A stretch of 63,947 bases of DNA, filler included, from Licmophora abbreviata (lineage: Eukaryota): the NCBI GenBank assembly GCA_900291995.1. It is 8 parts of 8 records of this genome, joined end to end, with 100 filler letters (N's around TTAATTAATTAA, not from the genome) between each part and the next. Parts side by side here need not be neighbours in the genome. Positions count along the whole stretch, not along the records: positions 1 to 13,408 come from OLMU01002549.1; positions 13,509 to 23,439 come from OLMU01002552.1; positions 23,540 to 31,279 come from OLMU01002554.1; 5 more parts are not named here. One strand, 5' to 3'. Shown here one piece after another: positions 12,191 through 23,694 of the stretch (the first letter of the stretch is position 1; each line of letters opens with the position of its first letter). The translations under genes were made by a program, and so were the position numbers. The notes below the pieces were generated by a model. The model was not told the DNA's origin. It ran no database searches and saw only the letters and a program-made list of their open reading frames with translations.

Positions 12191-12865
12191 ATGTTGACAT
12201 TCATTCAGCGAGCTTGGGAGGTGTACAATGCAGAGGGCAGCTGGCTACCATTCATGCTTCCGTTCTTCCTGTGGGGCGCTGCCTTCTTGTACTCCACAAT
12301 CGCAAACTCGTCCGTTTCGTTTCATGAGTGGAACCTCATTCACAACATTCATAACGGCGTGGCCATTTTGCTAGGCATCGTTTCTCTGGCACTCCAGGAT
12401 GATGCTTATTTTCGCGAGCGAGTTCAAGTTTTCTGGAACATCTCGTACTTCATGGTGGACTTCGCCGACTGCTTGCTTCGACGCGACAAGGTGTACACGT
12501 TTCATGCCATGGCGACACTCGTCGGAGGATACTATCACATTACAAGTCCCACACTGATGGAAGTCCGAGTTGCCTCTCGATTGTCTTTTCTGGAACTTTC
12601 CAATCCGCTCCGCTACTTGGCCGTCAAGACCAAGAAACCACTTCACTCTATCCTCTTCTTTCTTGTCTTCACCTTAGTCCGTGTGGTATACATTCCCTTT
12701 GTCATGAAGCGCTTGCTAAATGCTGGATTGGTATGGACCGATGGGCCTATGCTAGTATGCGTAACCGTGTACTCCCTTCAGTTGTGGTGGTGGCTGAAAA
12801 TGTGGCGTATCATCATCAACATGGCGAGAGGAAAGGACGTTGGCCATGAAATCAAAGAAGAATAA
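12191..12865 (+). CDS. TLC domain membrane protein, paralog B
   Basis: Collinear with the 10251 gene: LPFMLPFFLW, IHNIHN, SYFMVDFAD, LELSNP, LQLWWWLKM. Confidence 0.85.
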   Translation: MLTFIQRAWEVYNAEGSWLPFMLPFFLWGAAFLYSTIANSSVSFHEWNLIHNIHNGVAILLGIVSLALQDDAYFRERVQVFWNISYFMVDFADCLLRRDKVYTFHAMATLVGGYYHITSPTLMEVRVASRLSFLELSNPLRYLAVKTKKPLHSILFFLVFTLVRVVYIPFVMKRLLNAGLVWTDGPMLVCVTVYSLQLWWWLKMWRIIINMARGKDVGHEIKEE

Positions 12866-12920
12866 TTCGACAAGGACGAGTAACGACAGTCGCGTTCTGT
12901 AGTTTCATGGAATCGTACTA

Positions 12921-13408
12921 TTATGCCTCGGCCTCGGAAGGGTCGTAGAAGATCTCGTTTGGGTCTAGCTCCTTGCGTAGGTTCTTCAACTTCGATCCAA
13001 CACTTCCCACAAATGTTTTGGAGAATGTCTCCTTGTTGAGCGGGTTCTCCAATACATTGTACTTGAGTAGATGTGGTTCTAAGATCGCAGTTGTCCTCTC
13101 TGTAAGTAGACGTACTCCTGTCTCTTCGCCTGAATCATCCTCGTAGACGCCAAGGGTATACACCATGAGCCCAGAGCATTTTACAGGACCATAGGCTCCA
13201 TCCGTGTTGTTTGACTCTGACGACACTTCGTGTCGACCACAGCATACTGTTAATACATGAGAGAAGCTCCCCTCCGGAACATGGCTGTCATAGGAAGCGA
13301 CCAGGCTGTCCCAATCAACATCTTCCGCATCCGTATCAAGATGATACGAGCGTACCATCCACTGTTGGCCATCGGGATACGCTGCCCCGGCGCCCTCGGT
13401 CATGTCGG
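12921..13408 (-). CDS. C-terminal fragment, possibly FAD-linked oxidase (berberine-bridge-like C-terminus), truncated by gap
   Basis: Open frame running to the gap and ending KLKNLRKELDPNEIFY, similar to the L..LK..YDP..IF terminal motif. Confidence 0.45.
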
Positions 13409-13508
13409 NNNNNNNNNNNNNNNNNNNNNNNNNNNNNNNNNNNNNNNNNNNNTTAATTAATTAANNNNNNNNNNNNNNNNNNNNNNNNNNNNNNNNNNNN
13501 NNNNNNNN
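13409..13508. other. Assembly spacer N44-TTAATTAATTAA-N44
   Basis: 100-nt linker whose core places stop codons in all six frames. Confidence 0.99.
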
Positions 13509-13681
13509 CGACTCATTCACCTCTACTCCGTAGTCTACTCTTGTAGTCAGTGCAGGAGGACTGCTGCTTGTAGTTGATAGTACAGGGTGAGCTAGCTACA
13601 GTCGGTGGACACTTAGAGGAGACGCACGAGCGAGAGTCTTGGTAAACGTCGTTTCCACCTCCTTTTCATTCAATTTGCTTG

Positions 13682-14293
13682 CTAGCCGCTCTCGTTATCG
13701 TACTGAACCGGAACTGAAGTTGATTCTTCCGCCACGTGCAAAAACTCGGCTAGGGCTGCCACTGTGGTCTTGTAGTTGTCATACAGCTGTCCTTCTGGCA
13801 TCTTTCTCCCCCGCATGGCTAGGCCGGCAGCGTTGTCCATAGTTTCCATGCGCTGAATGAATGTTTGATACGACGACGTTAGCACTTCTGCTTGCGGGCC
13901 ATCCTCACCTCCTCGCACTAGTACAAAACAATTCTTTCGGATATCAGCGAGGGGTGAAATCCGAAGTTCCGCCTTCATTTCCTCGTAGTTTCCATTGGCA
14001 GCGTACAGTTCCGCCTTGTCCAGTTGCTTGGCAGCGCGCTTGACATTTCGCAGTGCCGTCGAGGAGGCGACCTTGTTGGTGACATCGGCACTTGCAGGAG
14101 ACGGGAAAATGAGAGCACTCGCGCCAGTAACACCAACCAATGCCATCCAATTTCTTCGGGAGACGGGTGAGTCAGCGCCATTCTGATGGCGGGTAGTGGA
14201 GGATTGAGGTCGATCGATCGTAAAGGCAGCCGTCTGGGCGCAAGAAGCAATTCCTACCAGAAGAATACATGTGAGTCGCTTCATACTGAACAT
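13682..14293 (-). CDS. PsbQ-like thylakoid lumen protein (plastid bipartite presequence + Tat signal)
   Basis: Signal peptide ending TAAF, twin-Arg SRRNW + hydrophobic stretch + ASA cleavage site, followed by a four-helix-like mature region. Start may be 14284. Confidence 0.65.
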   Translation of the reverse strand: MFSMKRLTCILLVGIASCAQTAAFTIDRPQSSTTRHQNGADSPVSRRNWMALVGVTGASALIFPSPASADVTNKVASSTALRNVKRAAKQLDKAELYAANGNYEEMKAELRISPLADIRKNCFVLVRGGEDGPQAEVLTSSYQTFIQRMETMDNAAGLAMRGRKMPEGQLYDNYKTTVAALAEFLHVAEESTSVPVQYDNESG

Positions 14294-14527
14294 GGCGAGT
14301 CGCAAAGTTGTGCTTGAAGGTATCAGTTTCACAGAGGCACAGTAGTCGCCATCGTCATCATCGTTGTGGCATCATCTTTTGTGTCTTGTTCGCACAAGGT
14401 GCGCGACCACGTACGCATGGCAAAAAGGAATTCGGAATTTGTGCTTCTGCCCGAATGCTGTGGTTTCGGTAGCCGGTGTAACGCGGGGTATGCATCGGCT
14501 AGGCTTATCAATGAAACAATTCATAAA

Positions 14528-15649
14528 CTAGCTCATGTCATAGGGTGAAGGCAGTCCCCATGTACCATCGGGTCGGTTCAGGGCCGATAGCTGTTCCATA
14601 TCGGCGTCGTCCAATTCAAAGTCAAAGAGCTGTTGGTTGGACTTGAGTCTCTGTTCGGACGTGCTCAGGAAGGTCACGATGTACCCCTTCTGAATGAGAT
14701 ACCGCATCGCAATCTGACCAGTATCCTTACCATACTTCTGAGCAATTTCCTGCACCACAGGATCTGTGGTAATATACAGCAGGCCTCTTGCGAATGGACT
14801 GTGCGCTTGCACTACGATATCATGTTGCTTGCAGTACATGACAATCTCGTCAAACTGTAGGTACACGGATGCCTCAATCTGATTCACCATAGGTCGAATT
14901 CTTGCTCCGTCCTTCATAAGTTGTCCAATATGATGCTCCGAAAAGTTGGACACACCAATGGCCCGAATCCATCCCTTTTCATAGTAGTCTTCCAGTACTT
15001 GCCATGCCGCCAGTCGTCGCGCCGGATTCAATGGATGCTTCGAACTCATCTTGGCTGGCCAATGCAAGAGTAGTAAATCCAAATATCCTACCCCCAGCTC
15101 TATCAAGATCTCTTCAAATTGCCGACGGACTGTCTCCGATACCTCCTCGACGGTCATTTCGTCCAGGTCCGGCATGACATGCGTCGTTGACGTTGCCACA
15201 CCACCACCCGGTCCAATGAAGAGTTTCGATGCTAAAAAGACATCTTTACGCTCCAGCTTTCCCTGTCCGAACCATTCTCCCAGAACTTGGCGAATCTGCG
15301 TATGCGATCGATAGACAAGAGCAGTGTCGATCGCTCGCATCCCACTCTCCAATGCAAGATGCAAGGTGCGGTACATGCGTTCCGGAACAAAGCCCGTGAA
15401 TCGGGCAACTTCAGGCAAATTTCCAGCCTTTGTAATCAAGTGAGCCCCACCGATTGCAAGGACAGGCATTTCCACGCCATTGTGAAGTGTCACGGTAGGA
15501 TTGGATGAACAAGAATCGTCGCCGCTACTGCAAACATGAATGCTTTGGTCGGACACATCAGCGACGGCATCAAGGAAGCTTTTCTCCTGGCAAGAATGCA
15601 ATAATATCAGAAGACACGGAATCAGCGTGAGATGTTGGTAGGAACGCAT
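14528..15649 (-). CDS. Aldo/keto reductase with N-terminal signal peptide
   Basis: TLHNGVEMP, IDTALVY, ASK, YLDLLLLHWP, IRAIGVSNF, PMVNQIE. The D/Y/K/H tetrad is present. Confidence 0.92.
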   Translation of the reverse strand: MRSYQHLTLIPCLLILLHSCQEKSFLDAVADVSDQSIHVCSSGDDSCSSNPTVTLHNGVEMPVLAIGGAHLITKAGNLPEVARFTGFVPERMYRTLHLALESGMRAIDTALVYRSHTQIRQVLGEWFGQGKLERKDVFLASKLFIGPGGGVATSTTHVMPDLDEMTVEEVSETVRRQFEEILIELGVGYLDLLLLHWPAKMSSKHPLNPARRLAAWQVLEDYYEKGWIRAIGVSNFSEHHIGQLMKDGARIRPMVNQIEASVYLQFDEIVMYCKQHDIVVQAHSPFARGLLYITTDPVVQEIAQKYGKDTGQIAMRYLIQKGYIVTFLSTSEQRLKSNQQLFDFELDDADMEQLSALNRPDGTWGLPSPYDMS

Positions 15650-15831
15650 CGTTGGAAAGACTCACGCGGGCGAGATACAAAACAAAGCACGGAAGGGACG
15701 GTCGTCCCATTGTGATGGCTGCAACTCAATCTCGCACAGGCCTCAAGCAACAATAAGAATGTGGGTCTGTTCATCGCCATGTCCGATCCCGTGTCGCACC
15801 ATAAGTATTTGGAAGGTGTGCGACATTGAGG

Positions 15832-15844
15832 TTTGGCGGGAAAA
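15832..15844 (+). promoter_or_regulatory. Putative E2F-binding site TTTGGCGGGAAAA
   Basis: Matches the E2F consensus WTTSSCSS on both strands, ~120 nt upstream of the SHPRH ATG. Confidence 0.4.
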
Positions 15845-15964
15845 TTTCGTCGCCGAAATCGAACCATGGCGGGCATTCTCGAGAGGCTTGGCGTAGTTCT
15901 CATCTCTTTTCTGCAAGTCTGAATAGTTCGACATAATATATCATCGCTCCTAGCTAGCTGTACC

Positions 15965-18900
15965 ATGGGACGAAGCAAGGGATCTCCCACGAAGCGGCGC
16001 ATTGCCAGGACGGATGATGCCGGCAACGAGCTGCCGATGGGAAGGCTGGTAACTCCGGAACGACGGGACGATCTCTTCCTGAGGGATTTGGTTGAGACAG
16101 CCATGGGAAATTCACAAGAAGAAAGGTCAACCGAAGCAGTAACGTTGCCTTCCCGAAAACAGAGGCGTGTTGTGAAGTCAGCAACGTCGAAAGGGGTATC
16201 CTTTGTCGAGAGCTCGCCGCCGCCGGCTACCGTGATTGATCCGGAAGTTGAAATTTCGTCGGCAGCGGGTCGCGATGGAGAGGTCGTGTGGGAGATTCGC
16301 ATCGGTAAAGAAACAAGCGAAGAGAACATTATGGAGGCTGTGCAGCTTTTTGGAAAGGAGCGTCCGTTGAAAGTATACCACTTGCTCCGAACCAAGGTAT
16401 CCGCTGGCAAAGCAACGGTTCGGACGGCTGCAGCTGCAGTTCGCCTCTTGGAGCATTGTGAAACAGTTTGTGAAAGCGCAAGAGTCAATGCTGACCTTTC
16501 ATCTCTTGGAGCGGCAATTGAAGATGGGACTCTGTCATTGGAGTGTCGCGTGATGGCGTGCAATCTCAATGTGGCAGAAGTCGTCGTGTCACTCGCAGAC
16601 AGTGCATTTGAGGTCTGTTCAGCATCGAAGCTTCCTCACTCGTCGAGACGACGCACTTCAAAACCGTTTCGTCCAGTTCACACCCTACAGAAGGCTTTAG
16701 CCTGTCTCTTTCCCGAAACAGTGGTCGCCGATGTGGTACATCCGCTTCCATCTAGAGGCCCCGTGACATCAAAAATGGTGTACGATCTTGTAGATAACGT
16801 GAAGCTTCGCGAGTATGAAGAAGACCATGGATATGAGTCGAAGTCGATGGATATTCCAGGACTAATACCTACGCTACGGCCGTATCAGGAAGCAGCGGTC
16901 AAGTGGATGCTTCGTCAAGAACGCAGGGACGACGATCAAAACAGGGCCCATGATTTGGAATGGGAGCTTGCATGGGTCGTCATTGCAAGTCCTGTCGTAA
17001 GTGTTCATGATTCAAGCATTTCGTCCCGATCGTTTTCTGGTGAGGTCGCCACTATGCCTAGCTGGAAACTCCAAACTCGAAGTGAGGTGATTGAGTCTGG
17101 TCTGTTGTATTGTCCATTCTTTGGCTTCCTTGCCAAGTCGGGAGCTGCGGCTTACAAGGCTACTGTGGAATCTTTCTCCAAGTCAGGTATGGGGTATCTT
17201 TGGGAGAAGGCCTCCGGAGGGATACTGGCGGAATCGATGGGCCTTGGCAAGACTGTGGAGGTAAGTACTGTGTTGGTGTGCTTCAAGCGGCCAACGACAT
17301 GGTTCTTCGCCTCACATCCCAAATTCTGTCTGCGTTCCTAGGTGCTTGCATGCGTTCTTGCTCATCGCCTTACCTTCACGCAGGAGCGTCATCCGTTTGT
17401 CGATATTGGTGACTCCAGCGACGTTGGCGAGGAGAAAAGGGCCGAGGGTAACGCCTCCGTGAACCAGAGCGAAGACGAGTTTGAATTCGACGACGACGTA
17501 TCGGCGGACTCCATGAGGCCTGCCGATGGCCAATTATACCTTGACAAATGGGTGGATGACTTTGGAGCGTGCGCGTGCGGCTTATTGGGCTCTTACAATG
17601 GATGCTTAGCTCTTGTCATGTGCCAGTCGTGTCGAATGCCCCTACACGGTGCATGTGCCGGCTTTGAATCCCTGGAGCAACTTCATCGCCTAACTCGCGT
17701 AGAGAAGGAGGGCGATGCCTTGAATGTCAGGGTGTGCTCCGAAGACAGATGTCCGAGTTGCATGTTTCGCAGGGTTCAGAAGTCGGAAAGTCTCGTTCCA
17801 AGTCGTGCAACGCTCATCATTACACCCGCTTCGATTCTTTCGCAGTGGCAACGAGAGCTTCGCCGCCACGCCGATCCGTCTCAGAAGCTGAAAGTCGTCA
17901 TATATCCCGGCATTCGAGAGCTTTGTCGGGGCCTCAAATCACAAAAGGATTTTCATCTGGTTCATCCTCGCTTGTTAGCCGATGCAGATATTGTGCTCAT
18001 GACATTCGATGCGTTGATGGGTGATCTTGGTCACTCCGACGACAACCCATTTGTTCAAGACTCAGCCGGGCTTCGTCTACGGACGGCCAAAAGGTATCGA
18101 ATTACCCCGTCACCGCTACTGAGCATACGGTGGTGGAGAGTTGCGCTCGACGAAGCGCAGCGAGTAGAAGCGCCAACGGCCATATCTGCTCGGATGGCGC
18201 AGAAGCTTGTCTGCCAGCACAGATGGTGTGTAAGTGGAACTCCCATTGGCCGAGGGAAGTTGGATGATTTGTACGGACTATTTCTTTTTCTACGCCTTGG
18301 ACCTTTTTCGAGCAAAGATTGGTTCCAGAATTGTCTCCGGCGGGAACACAGGGGCGTTGGGGAGAGAATACAGCATTTGCTGTCGTCGTCCATTTGGCGT
18401 TCAACCAAGACATCGGAGAGCGTAAAAGAGCAAATGCGGGTACCTGAACAGATCGAGAGGAAGACTATCTTAAAATTCTCTTCCATTGAGAGACATTTCT
18501 ATGAGCGCCAGCTAGAGGAAACACTAGTGGCATTTCACGATGTATCTCATGCGGGACGAAAACGAAAGTCCGCTGATGACTTGCTTGCATCCCATATGCA
18601 CAAGCTCCGTGCGGCCTGCTGTCACCCACAAGTCGGTTCAAGTGGAATTTCTCGGCCAAAGACGAGGCGTAGCACCCACTTTCATGCTCGTCATGAGGGC
18701 CATCGAGGAATCGTTGTGAGTACGGGGGTTCTGTCAATGGACCAGATTCTGGACATGCTCATTGAGGATGCAAGAGCAAAGTGTGAAGAGTCTCAGCGAC
18801 TTGCCGTCATGCACTCAAATGCTATGGCTTCTCTTCAGTACCTTAAAGTGGAAGCGAAAGCGTTCGACGTAAAGTTTGCTGAGAGCGACAAGATGCTTCT

Positions 18901-21574
18901 CGAGCAGAGTTGTCGAACATACATGGAGGCTTTGGAATTGACGGACGCGAACGCCCTACCAACTCCTGTAGTTGGTGAAGCGATAATGTCAGGCTCAAAT
19001 GGCTTTCTGTCGAGTCGACAGGTAATGCGAGACGGAAAAGCGAGTCTCGCTTGGCAACTAAAGCAGATCGATGGAGCCGATCTCGATGACTTGTCCGAAG
19101 TGTGGTCACGGATAGACTTTGAAACCGTCCCGAAGAAGATCGTTGAGTTGAAGGTCCGTCCACTGCTAGATTTGTCTGGCGTTTCGGCTAGCGAGACTAT
19201 TGAGAAGGGCTCAGCTCTATTGATTCAACCGAAAACACTTGTTTTTCAAGTTTCAAATGCTGCCCTGGGTGGCGAATTTATCGATGTTCTGTCCTACAGT
19301 CTGGATTCTTCGGTCACATCGTCGATCGAGGATACGAATTGGCTTCAATTTTCCGGCTTCGTCACGAACAAGGCGAAAAGCTGGCGACTTGTTCTGAAGG
19401 ATTTCGACAGTCTCCGCGAGAAAGATGTTTCTCGCGGCAGCGCGGTCACGTATGTCGTTGGCATCGACGTTCAGATTCTCGAAGCTGACATCGCCGCGGA
19501 CAGTCTCCAGCGCCTTCACGTTCTCCACAACGCCTCATCGACCATGGCTTCTCTGCTACAACTCCCCCATGAAGACGAATCACAAGCTTCGTTTATGAGT
19601 GAACAACAAATGAAAGACAAAACAAATTCGATGAAGAACGAGGCGAGCAAGATTGAGTCTCTTTATTTGGATATGGCCAAGGGCGTCCACTTGCAGAGTC
19701 AACGCCTTCTTAGTAGCATTACAGAAGAAAGGACAAGTGCTGAACAGGAGCTTCTCCAGTTGTCGAACGCCAGAAAGTCGCAAGGCTCTCGTGCATGCGC
19801 CGACTGTTTTGATGATCAGTGGTGGGACGACCTACTGTCGATCTATGCATTGTATGGATCCCCTCATGAACACAGGGCGCTTTGTGAAAGAGTCGAACGA
19901 GATTTGCATGATTTTATTTATAGCACGGAGGAGGGCCACGCTATTGGATCAGCTACCGGTCCGAAATCTTCGATACAATCCAAGAGTAAAAGTCGTGCAT
20001 TCCCCGATTTTACTGGCGTGAGTGGCCTTCGTACGGCATTAAGCTTTCGTTTCAGAGACTTTCGAGAAGAAGCTGGCCACGGTTCCCATGGGGACGTAAT
20101 TCAATCAATACTACAGCTTTCTGATACTCCAAAAGACGACGAAGTGTACGAAAACAGTCACTGTCGAAAGTGCCGAAAGGATTGGAACCAGCGTGGACCG
20201 GAATGTCGCCATTGTAAACTGGAAACTATTCTCGAGGTCACGGTTGAGGTTGATCACCTCATTATCACGATTCTGCGGTCTCTTTCGCGATCGGGAAACG
20301 ACGGAAAGGGTTCCTCGAGACTTGCTTCGGCAAGAAGAGAAGCGAAGATCGGTCCACGGATTGAAAAATTCTTTGCCGTGTTGAACATGATGGAACGGGA
20401 GGTTCGAGCTGCTCGTGTTGCTTGGAGAACCCACTTTGACCTCCTCAGTGATATCGATGAGATGAATCAGTGCAAGCGAAGCATGCGCCTCGCAGCAATA
20501 GACGAAGATTTTTCCAGCCTAACGCCTGAAGAGCAGGGTTCCATCGTGCTAGCGGCGGACGTAGGATCAAGGTACATGGATCACGGAGCGAAGCAGGCAA
20601 TGGCGTTGGCGAATCTGAGACGAAGTCAGGACACGTTGCGGTATCTCAAGAATCAGCGAAAGGAGGAACTCGAGGAAAGCGTGAATAACCCAAGCGAGTC
20701 TACAAAGACCGACACAGACAATCAGTGTATTGTTTGTCTTTCATCATTTGACGGCGAGTGCGCAGTCCTTGCATGCGGCCACAGATTCCACAACTCGCCT
20801 TGTCTTGAAAAGCTTATCGCGAGAAGTGGCAGTCGCTCTGTGATTCGTTGTCCACTTCGCTGCACCGTCACGACCAAGAGGGAGGCCGTAATGATCGCGT
20901 CGAACAAACGAAGGGATGACGGTAGCAGGATTGCTCGGCATGTGAAAGGAAGTTGGGGCACGAAGGTCACTCGGCTAGTTGCTGAGGTAATGGATGTCGC
21001 TGATGCTGGTGAGAAAAGTATAGTCTTCTCTCAATGGGAGGACATGCTCGAGGTTGTGGAACACGCGCTCTCTGCAAACGGTTTCAAGTACGTACGAGCA
21101 AAGAGCTTGGCAAAACTAGGCGAAAGCGTGAAGGCATTTAGATCCTCTGACTGTGCTGCTCTTCTTATGAACGTGAAGAATGGAGCCGAGGGTCTGACTC
21201 TTGTTGAGGCGACACACGTATTCATCGTCGAGCCGTTGTTGAACTGCGGTTTGGATGCCCAAGGTGAGAACGACCGTATGGTACTACTAGTGTATGAGAC
21301 CCGTTTACATGTAGAGCCATCCCTCTAACTGAAATACGTATGCCACCCTGTAGCCATAAGTCGAATCCATCGCATTGGTCAATCCTGCAAGACATACGTT
21401 CACAGGTACCTGATCGAAGATACCATCGAAGTCAAGATCGACGCCATGCGAGTCGGGCGACAGGCGGAACAGTTGGAAGACGCTCTCTACGAATCACGGC
21501 AGCAGCACGACGTGAGCGCCGGTGGAATTGACGGAGGCTTCAGTCACATGGAGCTACAAGAGATTCTCAAATAA
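15965..21574 (+). CDS. SHPRH: SHPRH-like SNF2 helicase / RING E3 ligase with PHD finger (introns 17261-17341, ~21264-21353)
   Basis: LRPYQEAAVKWM, GGILAESMGLGKT, PHD-like Cys cluster, WWRVALDEAQ, RWCVSGTP, LRAACCHPQV, RING CIVC...CGHRFH...C...CPLRC, WGTKV, VFSQW, GAEGLTLVEATHV...RIHRIGQ. Confidence 0.92.
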
Positions 21575-21601
21575 CGGGCTAGAGTATCATTATGGTCACT
21601 C

Positions 21602-22647
21602 TCAAGTCCAGCCTCGGAGCTGGCAGTGAACTCTGGCACAGGACGTCATGTAGTCCCCATAGCCTGAAGAGGTCGCATACGACGTGGTCGTGGCGGCTCG
21701 CATGTAGTTTTCTGCCTTGGCATTTTCACCACGACAGGCCTCGCAGTATAGACCTAAATAGAATAGTGCGTAGAACTCTTCGCCGGGACTATAAGCCGAC
21801 GAGAAGCGTGCCAAAGAGGGAATATTGAGCCCGACTGTTTGCGAGTTTTACATAGGCTTCAAGTGCACTATCACTCACACATCGTCTTACCTCCCCTCAT
21901 GACCAGCCATGGCAAGATCATGTTCGGTTGCTTCTCCACGGTACAGTGCATAAACGGTCGACATGATGCGCCTCCGGTCCGTCTTGCCCTTGGGCAGAGA
22001 TAGCATGGATGGCGGAGGGGTCGAAGTGGGATCTATTCTTGACTGTGATGCAATATCCCATACAATTTCTTCTACATCCTGTCGGTGAACAGAAGATCCG
22101 GTATCAGAAAATGGCTATTCTGGTATATATCGTTTCACACTAGTGCTCTCAGAAGAACGTACCAAAGGGTTCACCTTTACATCGTATCGGAACTTTAGGA
22201 AAGCGAGGTCGCGAAGAGACATCAGACACATATGTGCTTCGTTGCGTTCACACAATAAGGCGTACAGCCAGCAGCCTTATTCGAAACCTCTACACGCACC
22301 TGTTGACTTGCTTCTTGAAATCGTTCCGCATAGTAGTAGCTAAGGCCTCGCTGCCACAAAAACGGGCGAATGGATGGATCTAGTTCTTCCGCTCGGTCAA
22401 AGATATCGATGGATCCGGTCACGTCCCCCTGACGGAAAGCTTGCATCCCTCGCCGTACGAGCTGTCGAGGGTCACTACTACCAAGGTCGGGAGTCACTGT
22501 TGCCATTAACATTATGGAAGTAGCACGTCGTGGTGTACATTGACGGATCGGGGGCAAACAGCAACGGGGTGATGATGTGAAGGTCGAAAGGGCGGACGCG
22601 GTTCGGGGTCCCGCGATAAGGGCGACGATCCAGACTATTCCGAGCAT
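21602..22647 (-). CDS. Plastid-targeted TPR (NlpI-like) protein, 4 exons
   Basis: Signal + transit peptide, then RRGMQAFRQGDV...FLWQRGLSYYYA, FRYDVKVNPL/DVEEIVW, FYALFYLGLYCEA, DYMTSCARVH. GT-AG introns join the pieces. Confidence 0.8.
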
Positions 22648-22970
22648 TCCGAGAAGAAATCTGTCGAATATAGGTACAGCAGAGTCAAACTATCTGGCGG
22701 ACAGATGTCTGCGGACGCCGAAAGGTGCAAGACCAAACAATATCTCGTTGCCAGGTGCCGCATCATGCATCACCCGTCACGGCATTGCATCACAGCATCT
22801 CGCAATGTTTCGCGCCTCTACACTGACGTCAGTCACGAATTGATTCGATCCCGGATGATTTTCAAACGATGTTTGGAGCACACGACGGGGGTTGACTCTT
22901 CGATCCTCTCATAAGTCTAGTATTCAGTATCTCGTCTGAAAACGAAGAATATGTACGACCACACTAGCTT

Positions 22971-23378
22971 ATGTTGCGCATTCAGAATGTTCAATGTGAT
23001 CTTGCCCTCGTTACAGTACCACGGATTCTTTCTTCACCACCACATCGTCGAGAATCAAATCCATTGCTCGTGGAACATCATCCTGAAAGCAGATATAAGA
23101 AACGTGCGTGTGAGAATGGCTCAGTATATCAGCCGCTTTGCATTATTCTATCTCGTCATGAACTTACGAACGATAGCCTGATCGATTCCGCGGCGGCAAA
23201 GAGATCGTCGGCAACAAAGGCTCCCCGCAAAGTGTACCACTCCCCGTTCGACTCAGTCACAGCCTCAGCAAATGTTCTTGTAGCACTCTTGTTAGCTGTT
23301 TTTGCTTGGAGTTTCATGACAGGGCACTTGCCCGTGCCGCCGCCGCATGATACGCGACGCCCGTCGTCCAAAAGCTGA
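22971..23378 (+). CDS. Possible small single-pass membrane protein (exon structure unresolved)
   Basis: Open frame with one TM segment (VLVALLLAVFAWSFM). The start is unclear. Confidence 0.25.
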   Translation: MLRIQNVQCDLALVTVPRILSSPPHRRESNPLLVEHHPESRYKKRACENGSVYQPLCIILSRHELTNDSLIDSAAAKRSSATKAPRKVYHSPFDSVTASANVLVALLLAVFAWSFMTGHLPVPPPHDTRRPSSKS

Positions 23379-23439
23379 AAGCGGGCACTGACAGCGTACC
23401 TTTCTCCAGTAGACATACACCCCGTTGCAATATACTGAT

Positions 23440-23539
23440 NNNNNNNNNNNNNNNNNNNNNNNNNNNNNNNNNNNNNNNNNNNNTTAATTAATTAANNNNN
23501 NNNNNNNNNNNNNNNNNNNNNNNNNNNNNNNNNNNNNNN
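23440..23539. other. Assembly spacer
   Basis: N44-TTAATTAATTAA-N44. Confidence 0.99.
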
Positions 23540-23694
23540 CATACATCCCTTTTCTGTACAGTCGTGTTCGATCACACGACTGTATGAGACTAAACTACAG
23601 AGCCACTGTTTTCAGGGTGTACGTCGTACGCTGTCAGTTCTAGCAGTTGTCTTCCCAATTTTGTATCCCTAAGTGCTCCCCGATGTTACTACCC

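Noticed and set aside
13453..13464. TTAATTAATTAA palindrome recurring seven times (CRISPR- or element-like)
   Set aside because: It is always centred in N-runs, so it is an artificial six-frame-stop linker.
15622..16569. Long antisense or overlapping ORFs (also 35912-36709, 33944-34702, 56546-57295)
   Set aside because: They overlap well-supported genes and lack motifs, as expected for shadows in ~50% GC coding DNA.
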